From the NCBI GenBank assembly GCA_030445805.1, contig JASUTA010000001.1, forward strand, positions 1 through 54,082: DNA of 54,082 bases, given 5' to 3'. The notes beneath the pieces were generated by a model, which ran no database searches, was not told the origin of the DNA, and saw only the letters and a program-made list of their open reading frames with translations. Each line of letters opens with the position of its first letter. The stretch's first letter is position 1. A program made the translations under genes and the position numbers. This document shows, in pieces, positions 1-11,055 of this stretch. The stretch is from Clostridiales bacterium (GTDB lineage: Bacteria > Bacillota > Clostridia > Peptostreptococcales > Acidaminobacteraceae).

Positions 1-1
1 A

Positions 2-673
2 ATTCAAACGACACGTCCCGGTCTTGCGGCAGTTTACTTGAAAGAAAAACCGCTTACAGCACTTCAAGGAGTCGTTTTTGAAAATGCAAAAGTGACGCAT
101 CGGAGATTGAACCGACAAGGAAAAACGTATTCTGGGACTTTGCTCATTACGCATTTTGGGCTCAGTGGGCCGGTTATTTTAGACAACAGCCGTGATTTTC
201 TTCCGGGAGATCAACTGGAAATTGATTTTCTGGGTGTGGGGTATGCAGGGGCCGAATCTCGGTTTATGACACTTGTAAAAGAGGAGGGCAGGTCCAATTT
301 TGGTCGTTTTTTCAATGTGATGGAAACACCTGAAGCACTGAAAAAATATCTGCTTGGCCTTTGTCCACCGGAACTGGAATCGATGCATTTGGGTGAAGTA
401 ACGCGCGAAATGCGCCTTTTGGTTTTGAATTTTTTAACGCGTTATACCGTGACGGTAAAAACTGTCGACGGTTACGAACGCGCAATGGTCACTGTCGGAG
501 GGGTCTCCACGGAGGAAATAGACAAACGCACGATGGCTTCAAAAAAAGTCAAAGGGCTCTATTTGATCGGAGAAGTGCTCGATGTGGATGGGGACTCGGG
601 CGGCTATAATTTGCAGTGGGCTTTTTCTTCAGCTTATGCCGCCGCAAAAGACATTTTAAAAACAATAGTATGA
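2..673 (+). CDS. C-terminal part of a BaiN/HI0933(YhiN)-like NAD(P)/FAD flavoprotein; the 5' end lies outside the window
   Basis: The frame is open from base 2, with no stop before the TTG at 38 that the ORF track uses as start. The C-terminal block GLYLIGEVLDVDGDSGGYNLQWAFSSAY is typical of HI0933-type flavoproteins. Confidence 0.7.
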   Translation: MQTTRPGLAAVYLKEKPLTALQGVVFENAKVTHRRLNRQGKTYSGTLLITHFGLSGPVILDNSRDFLPGDQLEIDFLGVGYAGAESRFMTLVKEEGRSNFGRFFNVMETPEALKKYLLGLCPPELESMHLGEVTREMRLLVLNFLTRYTVTVKTVDGYERAMVTVGGVSTEEIDKRTMASKKVKGLYLIGEVLDVDGDSGGYNLQWAFSSAYAAAKDILKTIV

Positions 674-682
674 GGTGAAAAA

Positions 683-1573
683 GTGACACATCAGACGAAA
701 GGTATTTTGAGTGTGATGGTCCCTGTTGTGACGTGGGGGATTTCATTTGTCAGTATTGAAGTTTTATTGGATGTTTTGGGGCCGATGACAATCGGAGCGA
801 TTCGATTTACAATGGCAACGGCTTTGCTCTATCTGATGATGAAGCAAAAAAAGGTTTCGATGACCATACAGCCTAAAGACAGAGGGCTGTTTTTTATGGC
901 GGGATCCATTGGTATCGCCCTGTACTTTTTCTTTGAAAATACTGGGATTCGGTACATTTCAGCGGCACCCTCTTCCTTGATCTTGGCCGCCATTCCCGCG
1001 GCAACACTTGTTGCGGAGATGGTTTTTTATAAGCGTAAAGCGGGCTGGATGGATTTTATTATTTTTTCAGGATCCATTATAGGTGTGTTTATGATTGTCA
1101 GCGGGGATTCGGGAGGAAGCGGCAGTGACCGTTTAATCGGGTATCTCATGATGGTTGGTGCCGTACTGACATGGGTGGTTTATTCCATTGCCTCTAAGCC
1201 ACTATTCGGGCGATACGATTATTTAACCATTATCTTTTATCAGTTTTTTTACAGTTTGCCGTTTTTTTGGCTCTCCGTCCCCTTTGAAGTCAATCATTTT
1301 TCGGCAATTACAGCGGAGCATGTTGTGCACATGGTATTTTTAGCCGTCTTTGCATCGGTTTTGGGATTTTATTATTATGCACGGGCGATGGACCTAATCG
1401 GCGTTACCGAAACTTCTTTGTTTATCAATTTGATTCCGATTGTCACGATCGTATTCAGCCTGCTTTATTTGCACAAAGGGATTTCGCTCCACCAATGGAT
1501 CGGAGGAACGGTGGTTCTTCTGGCGGTTACTTTAGACGGAAAACGACAGAAGCAGGTAAAGGATACGGCTTAA
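683..1573 (+). CDS. EamA/DMT-family transporter
   Basis: 296 aa and very hydrophobic, with about 10 helices in two EamA-like halves. GTG start at 683 is preceded by GAGGTG. Confidence 0.75.
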   Translation: MTHQTKGILSVMVPVVTWGISFVSIEVLLDVLGPMTIGAIRFTMATALLYLMMKQKKVSMTIQPKDRGLFFMAGSIGIALYFFFENTGIRYISAAPSSLILAAIPAATLVAEMVFYKRKAGWMDFIIFSGSIIGVFMIVSGDSGGSGSDRLIGYLMMVGAVLTWVVYSIASKPLFGRYDYLTIIFYQFFYSLPFFWLSVPFEVNHFSAITAEHVVHMVFLAVFASVLGFYYYARAMDLIGVTETSLFINLIPIVTIVFSLLYLHKGISLHQWIGGTVVLLAVTLDGKRQKQVKDTA

Positions 1574-1602
1574 AATGCCGATATTTTCTGAGAGGTGATT
1601 AG

Positions 1603-3843
1603 ATGAAAATCAGTGCGATCTTTCAGAATCTTAATGTCCAAGGGCAGCAGACTTTTGCAAATCGAAGTGCGGCAAACAGCACATCGGGGACAAGTGCCGC
1701 CTTTTCGGGAGAAAATGCGGAAGCGTTAAACACGCTTTTTTCAAAATACAATCAAACGCCGGATACCGACACGGTATCATCGGTGGAATCTTTTATGAAG
1801 ACGGCACAGGGGTCGACCGATTCCAAGCTTGAGACCGTCGAAACGGCACTATATAAGGGCATAGAAATGACGCCCGGCAATTTGAATGCCGTTCACTCTG
1901 CGCTCAACGACGATGGGGAAATGCTGAAAGTTTTGACGGCGCCGAACGAGGATGAGGCCACTGTCGATAAGAAAGCGGAGACGCTTCTCAAACTCAGTGA
2001 TTTTTTACAATTGCCGGAGCGTGTGAAAAGAGCGATTCTCGAATCCCTGACACAGTTTTCCGAACTGCGCGCCGACGGAAGTGCTTCCGGAGAGCTGTCG
2101 GAACAGGCTGCGGGACAGGCTCTGGAAACGCTTGCAAGTGTACTGGGCACCACGGATGTGCAGTCCCTTTTAGAATCACTTGGATTGAAAACGATTCAGG
2201 CGGAAGACCTGTCGGCAAGCGATTTGCTTACCGTGATTCAGACGCTTTTAACAGCAGAATCCGATTCGGAGACGGTTTTGTCGACCGTGGCGGAAACGAT
2301 GGAGGCGACAGTGGCGGATGCCGTATTGTTTGATGCGGCACCCAAAGTCAAAGAAACAGGACATCGTAAAACAGAAGATGCGTCAATAGAGCGATCGGGA
2401 TCAGATGAAGCGGTTGACAAAACGGATGCAGAAAAATTGAATGAAAATGACGGAGAAACCGTGAAGATCAAGCCGATCACCGAACGCCAATCGGAAACGA
2501 TGGCGGATTCAAAGGACACCGCATCCGGGCAGACCGAAGGCGACGCCATAAATGAGGCATCCGAGATCCATTCGGAAGTGCGCCCCGAAAAGGCGGTAGA
2601 TGACACGGATGAAGAATCCATAGAAAATCTCGTACTGGCGGCGATCGACCAAGTGTTTGGTATGGCCGGAGACACGTTGCAGGCGCTGGATGTTCAGGTA
2701 GATATTAAACAATACCTCGTGGAGACGACGACTGAGGCGACCATTCAGGCGAAAAATGATTTTTCCGCATTTCAAAAATCGGTGGATACGCTTTTGACGG
2801 TAGAGCCCGAGTCGAGCAATGAGGATGTTTATGAAGCGCTGTCAAAGACAATTGAAAAACTGGACCGACTGATTTTAAAGAGCACAGTGGGTTTGTTTAC
2901 GGATATGTATCAAGAAAAAACGTTGCTTCAAAGCGGAGCGAGATTGGAAGAAGCGCGGTCTGCACTGGAGTCGGGTGCAACGAATAAGGCGATGGCGCTG
3001 ATTGAAACCGTTAAATCCGATATCGGCGGTATTGTCTTTAAGCCTTCCGAGTCCCGACTGCAACTGTTTGCTTCATTTCAATTATCGGAAGCCTCTGCGG
3101 CGGTTGATTCGGAGTCTCCTGAGAAATTGGCGCTTGACACGGAGATTAAAAAGATGCTTGAATGGTATAAGGACAGTTCCGGGGTCAGACAGTCTCGGGA
3201 TGTCATGGAAATCGTTCGATTTATGGGTGGAAACCATGAAGCCGAAGTAGTGGAAGCACTCGAAACACCCAATTCAAAGAAAAATCAAGACTGGGGGCAG
3301 GGCAATGTGAAAGAGATGCTTCTGCGCCTGATGAAAGAAAATACGGAAAACAGAACGGTAGAAGCTCAGACGATGAGTCTTACCGGCCAGCAAATGATGA
3401 ATCAGCAGGATCAGCAAGGCCGCAGACAATTTCATTTCTTCAACTTGCCGTTTGAAGACGGCGAGACTGTCGGCAATATGAAAGTCTATCTCCAGGGCAA
3501 TCAATCCGGAGAACGTTTGGATTATAAAAACACGGAGTTGTATTTTGCCATGAATCTCAATCGCTTGGGTGAGACGGGTATTCGTGTCAAAGTGGCTTCG
3601 GGCGTTTGTGATGTCACGGTGATGAACGAGACACCGGAAGTGCTTAGAGAAACGTTTGAATCGCTGTTTGAAGAGCTCGGTGCCATGGGAATTGAGCCGG
3701 GGAATCTCCGTTTTGAAACGACCGTCAGCCGGACATCGCTCGGACGGGAAATGGCTCAGGATTCAGCGCAGGAGAGCGCCCAACAGATCGGCAAGTCCCC
3801 CTATGCGTATCAACCGGAGAAAGGATTTGATTATACCATATGA
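1603..3843 (+). CDS. Large acidic soluble protein with a FliK-like (flagellar hook-length control, Flg_hook-like) C-terminal region; YlqG-like
   Basis: 746 aa, rich in D/E/S/T, with no TM segment. The C-terminal segment (FHFFNLPFEDGETVGNMKVYLQ...IRVKVASGVCDVTVMNETPEVLRETFESLFEELGAMGIEPGNLRFE) resembles the FliK C-terminal fold pattern. Its stop overlaps the start of the FlhB-like gene (ATGA at 3840..3843). Confidence 0.5.
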   Translation: MKISAIFQNLNVQGQQTFANRSAANSTSGTSAAFSGENAEALNTLFSKYNQTPDTDTVSSVESFMKTAQGSTDSKLETVETALYKGIEMTPGNLNAVHSALNDDGEMLKVLTAPNEDEATVDKKAETLLKLSDFLQLPERVKRAILESLTQFSELRADGSASGELSEQAAGQALETLASVLGTTDVQSLLESLGLKTIQAEDLSASDLLTVIQTLLTAESDSETVLSTVAETMEATVADAVLFDAAPKVKETGHRKTEDASIERSGSDEAVDKTDAEKLNENDGETVKIKPITERQSETMADSKDTASGQTEGDAINEASEIHSEVRPEKAVDDTDEESIENLVLAAIDQVFGMAGDTLQALDVQVDIKQYLVETTTEATIQAKNDFSAFQKSVDTLLTVEPESSNEDVYEALSKTIEKLDRLILKSTVGLFTDMYQEKTLLQSGARLEEARSALESGATNKAMALIETVKSDIGGIVFKPSESRLQLFASFQLSEASAAVDSESPEKLALDTEIKKMLEWYKDSSGVRQSRDVMEIVRFMGGNHEAEVVEALETPNSKKNQDWGQGNVKEMLLRLMKENTENRTVEAQTMSLTGQQMMNQQDQQGRRQFHFFNLPFEDGETVGNMKVYLQGNQSGERLDYKNTELYFAMNLNRLGETGIRVKVASGVCDVTVMNETPEVLRETFESLFEELGAMGIEPGNLRFETTVSRTSLGREMAQDSAQESAQQIGKSPYAYQPEKGFDYTI

Positions 3844-4091
3844 ATCAACCCAAACGAAAAGCGGTATCGCATGCATATGAGCAGTATGACAATCAGACCG
3901 ATTTTAAGGGATATGCGAAACAAGTGGCTTCGGAGCTGAAACAATCCGGAATTCCTGCGGAGACTGATCCGGAGCGCCTTCAACACCTTATTCGAAATGA
4001 TCTCAGAAGTGCCCTTCCGCCTCAAATACTCGGGGTGATCGGAAGAATCATATCGGCCGTTGAAGCCCTTGAAAAAGAGGAAGATCAGTAA
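3840..4091 (+). CDS. FlhB/YscU C-terminal-domain-like small protein (EscU/YscU/HrcU switch family, YlqH-like)
   Basis: 83 aa. KAVSHAYEQ...SGIPAETDPERLQHLIRNDL..LPPQILGVIGRIISAV matches the pattern of the post-NPTH FlhB-CC subdomain (KAVAL.Y...gIPi.eD..L...L.....iP..ly.avA.il.fv). It has no TM domain and no NPTH site. Confidence 0.6.
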   Translation: MNQPKRKAVSHAYEQYDNQTDFKGYAKQVASELKQSGIPAETDPERLQHLIRNDLRSALPPQILGVIGRIISAVEALEKEEDQ

Positions 4092-4130
4092 AATAACTCA
4101 CCCCATTCGAATGTGATGGGACAATTAGGA

Positions 4131-4183
4131 TTTGATGACGATTTGACAATGACGAATTGACAATGACGAGTTGACATAAGGGT
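4131..4183. repeat. 14-bp tandem repeat, about 3.5 units, TTGACAATGACGAN
   Basis: Direct reading gives tttgatgacga / tttgacaatgacga / attgacaatgacga / gttgacataagggt. TTGACA occurs at 4143, 4157 and 4171. Three units read ATG ACG ANT TGA (ATG at 4135, 4149, 4163). Confidence 0.85.
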
Positions 4184-4236
4184 TGCCGATCGTGGGTTGG
4201 AAGTATGGAAGAATCTCTGGGGATAAAGGAGTACAC

Positions 4237-4683
4237 ATGAAAGTATCCGGGACGTCAAAAGTGGATCGATCAAAAAGCGCTTCGGCCTCGACGGCAAAAT
4301 CCGCAGAGCAGCCGAAAATTCGATTTACCGAAATCCTTGCGCAAAAGGACTACGATCATCAGAAAGAAGCACTCCAACAGGCGTTGGATGAAATTGATAA
4401 AAAGGGCAAGGCGTTGGTTGAAAACCGAACGGTTGAGAATCTCTATGAATATAAAGACCTCATTAAGGGATTTATCGAAGAAGTGGTTCACGACGGATAT
4501 GAAATCCGTGAACGCCGTGGATTTTCAAGAGTTGGGCGCGCTAAAGTTCTGCGCACGGTCGCGGAAGTGGATGCCAAACTCGTCGAACTGACCAATCTTA
4601 TTTTGAAGCGAGAGCACAAAGAAATCAACGTTCTGAAAAAAATCGGAGAAATTAAAGGCCTCTTGGTCAATTTAATTTTGTAG
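4237..4683 (+). CDS. YaaR (DUF327) family protein
   Basis: ERRGFSRVGRAKVLRTVAEVDAKLVELT...IGEIKGLLVNLIL closely follows B. subtilis YaaR as I remember it. I chose the ATG at 4237 (AAGGAG 7 nt upstream) over the 4183 track start. Confidence 0.8.
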   Translation: MKVSGTSKVDRSKSASASTAKSAEQPKIRFTEILAQKDYDHQKEALQQALDEIDKKGKALVENRTVENLYEYKDLIKGFIEEVVHDGYEIRERRGFSRVGRAKVLRTVAEVDAKLVELTNLILKREHKEINVLKKIGEIKGLLVNLIL

Positions 4684-4711
4684 AATACATTAAAATCAAT
4701 CGGAGGCTAAA

Positions 4712-6961
4712 ATGAAATTAAGTGGTTTGAATGACGTGCAAAAAAATGCGGTTGAAGCGACGGATGGACCGATCCTGGTCGTTGCGGGTGCCGGATCCGG
4801 AAAGACGCGCGTCCTGACCAATCGTATTGCACATTTGATTGAAGTGCACGATGTCTTTCCCTCTTCTATTTTGGCAATTACATTTACCAATAAAGCGGCA
4901 AGTGAGATGAAGTCGCGTATTGAATCACTGGTGGGTCCCGTCACAACACAAATGTGGGTCGGGACCTTTCATGCGATATGCGTCCGTATTTTGAGACGCG
5001 ACGGTGAAGCCATCGGATATGGGCGTGATTTTGTCATTTATGATACAACCGATCAAAAATCGCTGATCAAAGCGTGCTTGAAACAACTCAATATCGATGA
5101 AAAACGGCTACCGGTTAAAACGTGTCAGTATAGAATTTCAAACGCAAAAAACGACATGATGACAGAGGTCGATTATGCCAAGGCCTTTGAAGGGGATTAT
5201 AGAGAAAAGGATTTTATAAAAGTTTATACGATGTATCAAGATCGATTAAAGCAAAACCAGGCACTCGATTTTGATGATTTGCTGCTCAAAACCATAGAAC
5301 TTTTCAAAAAGCACCCCGATATTTTGGCAGGATATCAACGCCGATTCAAGTACATACACGTCGATGAATACCAAGATACCAACCGTGCACAGTATACCAT
5401 TGTAAAATTGCTTTCTGCGGCGCATCGAAATTTATTTGTCGTCGGTGATGGCGATCAATCCATTTACAGGTGGCGTGGGGCGGATATCCGAAACATCGAA
5501 GAATTCGAGAAAGATTTTCCGGGGGCGCAAGTCTTCAAACTCGAGCAAAATTACCGATCTACGAAAAATATTTTAGGCCTTGCCAACAGTGTCATTCAAC
5601 ATAATCCCAGACGACGTGCAAAGACGCTCTGGACAGATGCTGAAGACGGGGAAAAGATTCAATATTATCAAGCCTATGATGAAAAAGATGAGGCGCGCTA
5701 TGTGGTGACCCAAATTCAAAAACAGATGCGGGATTACGATTTCAAACGATCGGATTTTGCAGTTCTTTACAGAACCAATGCACAGTCCAGAGCTTTTGAA
5801 GACATGCTCATGCTTGAAGGGATTCCTTACAAAGTCGTCGGTGGTTTGAAATTCTACGAGCGTAAAGAAATCAAAGATGTTATGGCGTACCTGCGCCTGA
5901 TTGTCAACCCCTTTGACAACATCGGATTTTTGAGAATCATCAATGAACCGAAACGCGGTATCGGTGCCAAGACACTGGAAAAACTGCAAGAACAAGCGGA
6001 GCGACACGGTGGAAGCATGTTGGAAGCTTGCCGGTTGCCGGAAGGATTTTCCGCAAAGGTCACCGAAGAAATGCGTGAATTTTACAGGATTATCGATACG
6101 CTGAGAACCATGGCGGAAACGCATTTTGTCACACAAATTTTTGACGAATTGATGGCGCTCACGGGTATTATTGACCTGTATGAGCAGGAAAAAAATATAG
6201 AAGCCGACGGACGGATTGACAACTTATACGAATTCCGCGCTGTCATTGAAGAATTTGAAAAGCGCTCTGAAGAAGGGAGCCTGCGGGACTTCCTTGCCGA
6301 AACTTCTCTCAGAAGCGATCAGGACAGCATTGAAGAGACCGAGGACACTGTACTGCTGATGACACTTCATGCCTCCAAAGGTCTTGAATTTCCGGTTGTA
6401 TTTCTAGTCGGACTCGAAGATCAACTCTTTCCGTCTTTCCGAGCGATGGACGATGATGAGGCCATGGAAGAAGAACGGCGGCTGTGTTATGTCGGCATCA
6501 CCCGTGCCGAAAAACAGCTCTATGTCACACATGCGAGAAACCGAAATCAATACGGACGATTTGAAATGCGCCAGCCCAGTTGCTTTTTACAGGAAATGGA
6601 TTCTAAACTCATGGAGGGATTGGATGAAGGTCGCGTAAAGTCGTCCTCAAAGAGTGCGTCGAAGGAAAGTGCTTCGGTATCTGCTTTCGGCATCAAAGCC
6701 GGTCGAAAGAGCAGTGGAGCGGCGCTGAACATCGGCATTAAGAAAAAACCGGTTCCCGCGGCAGTTCAAGAGCCGGCGCCGGAATTGGGGTCGAAAGCGG
6801 GCGCTTATCATCCGGGTGATAAAGTCATGCACAAAGTGTTCGGAGAAGGAACGATTGTAACCGTGGGCAGCGACGGATTGACGTTGACCATTGTCTTTGA
6901 TGCACACGGCATTAAAAAGTTGCATGCGGATTTTGCGCCGATAAAAGTGATCAAATCCTAA
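4712..6961 (+). CDS. pcrA: ATP-dependent DNA helicase PcrA (UvrD family)
   Basis: 749 aa with AGAGSGKT Walker A, DEYQDTN, GDGDQSIYRWRGA and TLHASKGLEFPVVF. It lies directly upstream of ligA, as in Firmicutes. Confidence 0.93.
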   Translation: MKLSGLNDVQKNAVEATDGPILVVAGAGSGKTRVLTNRIAHLIEVHDVFPSSILAITFTNKAASEMKSRIESLVGPVTTQMWVGTFHAICVRILRRDGEAIGYGRDFVIYDTTDQKSLIKACLKQLNIDEKRLPVKTCQYRISNAKNDMMTEVDYAKAFEGDYREKDFIKVYTMYQDRLKQNQALDFDDLLLKTIELFKKHPDILAGYQRRFKYIHVDEYQDTNRAQYTIVKLLSAAHRNLFVVGDGDQSIYRWRGADIRNIEEFEKDFPGAQVFKLEQNYRSTKNILGLANSVIQHNPRRRAKTLWTDAEDGEKIQYYQAYDEKDEARYVVTQIQKQMRDYDFKRSDFAVLYRTNAQSRAFEDMLMLEGIPYKVVGGLKFYERKEIKDVMAYLRLIVNPFDNIGFLRIINEPKRGIGAKTLEKLQEQAERHGGSMLEACRLPEGFSAKVTEEMREFYRIIDTLRTMAETHFVTQIFDELMALTGIIDLYEQEKNIEADGRIDNLYEFRAVIEEFEKRSEEGSLRDFLAETSLRSDQDSIEETEDTVLLMTLHASKGLEFPVVFLVGLEDQLFPSFRAMDDDEAMEEERRLCYVGITRAEKQLYVTHARNRNQYGRFEMRQPSCFLQEMDSKLMEGLDEGRVKSSSKSASKESASVSAFGIKAGRKSSGAALNIGIKKKPVPAAVQEPAPELGSKAGAYHPGDKVMHKVFGEGTIVTVGSDGLTLTIVFDAHGIKKLHADFAPIKVIKS

Positions 6962-9004
<2,043 letters not shown>

Positions 9005-9050
9005 TTTCTGTTGAAGCGTTTGAAAATTCTAATAATTTAGCGGATAACCA

Positions 9051-9079
9051 TTGACTTTTGGGGTCGAGTCGGCTACAAT
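9051..9079 (+). promoter_or_regulatory. Sigma-A-type promoter for ilvD
   Basis: TTGACT (9051..9056), 17-nt spacer, TACAAT (9074..9079). Confidence 0.55.
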
Positions 9080-9123
9080 TCCACAATAAGTCTGTATTTA
9101 TGGTAGAGATAAAGGAGAACGTT

Positions 9124-10800
9124 ATGAGAAGCGAAACAGTAACCAAAGGTGTTGAACGCGCGCCGCATCGGTCGTTGTTCAATGCACTCGGCATGACAGA
9201 AGAAGAAATGCGTCGTCCTCTGATCGGCATTGTCAGTTCGCAAAACGATATCGTACCGGGTCATATGAATCTGGATAAAATCGTAGAAGCCGTAAAAATC
9301 GGCGTCGCTATGGCGGGCGGGACCCCGATTGTATTCCCGGCCATTGCCGTTTGCGACGGGATTGCCATGGGCCATCAAGGTATGAAATATTCCCTCGTAA
9401 CGCGGGAACTCATTGCCGATTCAACCGAAGCCATGGCAATGGCGCATGCCTTTGATGCCTTAGTCATGGTGCCGAACTGCGATAAAAATGTCCCCGGACT
9501 GTTGATGGCCGCCGCACGCGTCAATATCCCGACCATTTTTGTAAGCGGCGGGCCGATGCTTGCCGGAAAAGTAGACGGAGAAAAGACAAGCCTTTCCACG
9601 ATGTTTGAAGCCGTCGGCGCTTATGCGGCCGGAAAAATGACCCTTGAAAAAGTGCAGGAATACGAGCAAAAAGCGTGCCCGACCTGCGGTTCTTGTTCGG
9701 GAATGTACACGGCCAACAGTATGAACTGCCTGACAGAAGTGCTCGGTATGGGGCTCAAGGGCAACGGTACGATTCCGGCAGTTTACTCAGCTCGAATTCA
9801 ACTCGCTAAAAAAGCGGGCATGCAAATTATGGAACTCCTGAAAAATGATATTCGCCCGAGAGACATTATGACGGAAGACGCGTTTATGAATGCGCTTGCT
9901 GTGGACATGGCCCTCGGATGCAGTACAAACAGTATGCTTCACTTGCCGGCGATTGCACATGAAGCCGGTGTCGATCTCAATTTGGATATCGCCAATGAAA
10001 TCAGTGCGCGCACGCCGAATCTCTGCCATTTGGCACCGGCGGGACACGCCTATATCGAAGAACTCGACGAAGCGGGCGGCGTCTATGCCGTTATGAATGA
10101 ACTCGATAAAAAGGGATTGATTCACAAAGAGTTGATGACGTGTACCGGAAAGACCGTCGGCGAAAATATTTCGGGTTGCGTCAACAGAAATCCGAATATC
10201 ATTCGTCCTGTAGAAACGCCGTTCAGCGAAACGGGCGGAATTGCTGTCCTCAAGGGCAATTTGGCACCTGAATCCTGTGTTGTCAAACGTTCTGCCGTCG
10301 TTCCTGAGATGATGAAGCACGAAGGTCCGGCGCGTGTTTTCGACTGTGAAGAAGATGCGATTGATGCCATTAAGAGCGGGAAAATCGTAGCGGGGGATGT
10401 CGTCGTCATTCGTTATGAAGGCCCGAAAGGCGGACCGGGTATGCGTGAAATGCTCAGCCCGACATCTGCCATTGCGGGAATGGGTCTTGGCAGCAGTGTT
10501 GCACTGATTACGGACGGACGGTTCAGCGGGGCATCCAGAGGGGCTTCGATCGGACACGTTTCTCCGGAAGCGGCCGTAGGCGGTAACATTGCCTTGGTCG
10601 AAGAAGGCGACCGCATCAAGATTGATATCACTCAAAATACGATTGATTTTGTCGTCACGGATGAAGAATTGGAACGCAGACGTGCGGCTTGGAAGCCGAG
10701 AACCCCTCGCGTAACCACCGGGTACCTGGCACGGTATGCGGAAATGGTGACTTCCGGGAATCGCGGTGCGGTACTTGAAATCAAAAAAAGCGATCGTTAA
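9124..10800 (+). CDS. ilvD: Dihydroxy-acid dehydratase
   Basis: [18 protein letters not shown].., CDKNVPG and [12 protein letters not shown] motifs. ATG at 9124 follows AAAGGAG; the upstream extension from 9058 was rejected. Confidence 0.93.
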   Translation: MRSETVTKGVERAPHRSLFNALGMTEEEMRRPLIGIVSSQNDIVPGHMNLDKIVEAVKIGVAMAGGTPIVFPAIAVCDGIAMGHQGMKYSLVTRELIADSTEAMAMAHAFDALVMVPNCDKNVPGLLMAAARVNIPTIFVSGGPMLAGKVDGEKTSLSTMFEAVGAYAAGKMTLEKVQEYEQKACPTCGSCSGMYTANSMNCLTEVLGMGLKGNGTIPAVYSARIQLAKKAGMQIMELLKNDIRPRDIMTEDAFMNALAVDMALGCSTNSMLHLPAIAHEAGVDLNLDIANEISARTPNLCHLAPAGHAYIEELDEAGGVYAVMNELDKKGLIHKELMTCTGKTVGENISGCVNRNPNIIRPVETPFSETGGIAVLKGNLAPESCVVKRSAVVPEMMKHEGPARVFDCEEDAIDAIKSGKIVAGDVVVIRYEGPKGGPGMREMLSPTSAIAGMGLGSSVALITDGRFSGASRGASIGHVSPEAAVGGNIALVEEGDRIKIDITQNTIDFVVTDEELERRRAAWKPRTPRVTTGYLARYAEMVTSGNRGAVLEIKKSDR

Positions 10801-10866
10801 GTGAAAAGAAATGATTGTTAAGTGAAAAAGAGCGATTGTTAGACGGAAAAAGCAATCGTTGGGTGA
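10780..10866 (+). repeat. Tandem units with about 21-bp period that duplicate the last 7 ilvD codons plus the stop
   Basis: atc aaa aaa agc gat cgt TAA / gtg aaa aga aat gat tgt TAA / gtg aaa aag agc gat tgt TAG / acg gaa aaa gca atc gtt ggg TGA. All four stops are in the ilvD frame. Confidence 0.8.
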
Positions 10867-10891
10867 CTGAAATTTTTATAAAAAAAAAGCG

Positions 10892-10936
10892 GCGCGTGAA
10901 AGCCTCCCAAGCAGTGGAGATTTCACGCGCTTTTTA
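10892..10936 (+). terminator. Rho-independent terminator after ilvD
   Basis: 10-bp stem GCGCGTGAAA / TTTCACGCGC followed by TTTTTAT, with an A-run upstream. Confidence 0.8.
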
Positions 10937-11055
10937 TATGTCTTTTACGAAACGATTATAAATGTATTACGTCACTGACGATCCCGTTTGCGTGTGATAT
11001 AATATTTTATCGAAGAAGGAAACCACAATAACCATTTGTCATAGAGGGGTTTATC

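Noticed and set aside
4143-4176. Three TTGACA boxes as stacked promoters
   Set aside because: I found no -10-like hexamer 16-18 nt downstream of any of them. The only GCCGAT (sigma-D-like -10) has no TAAA at the required spacing.
9005-9123. T-box, leader-peptide or riboswitch control of ilvD; likewise a glycine riboswitch before kbl (51411..51528)
   Set aside because: The leaders are short (about 45 and 60 nt from the likely -10), and I could not recognise a specifier or antiterminator structure or a conserved riboswitch core.
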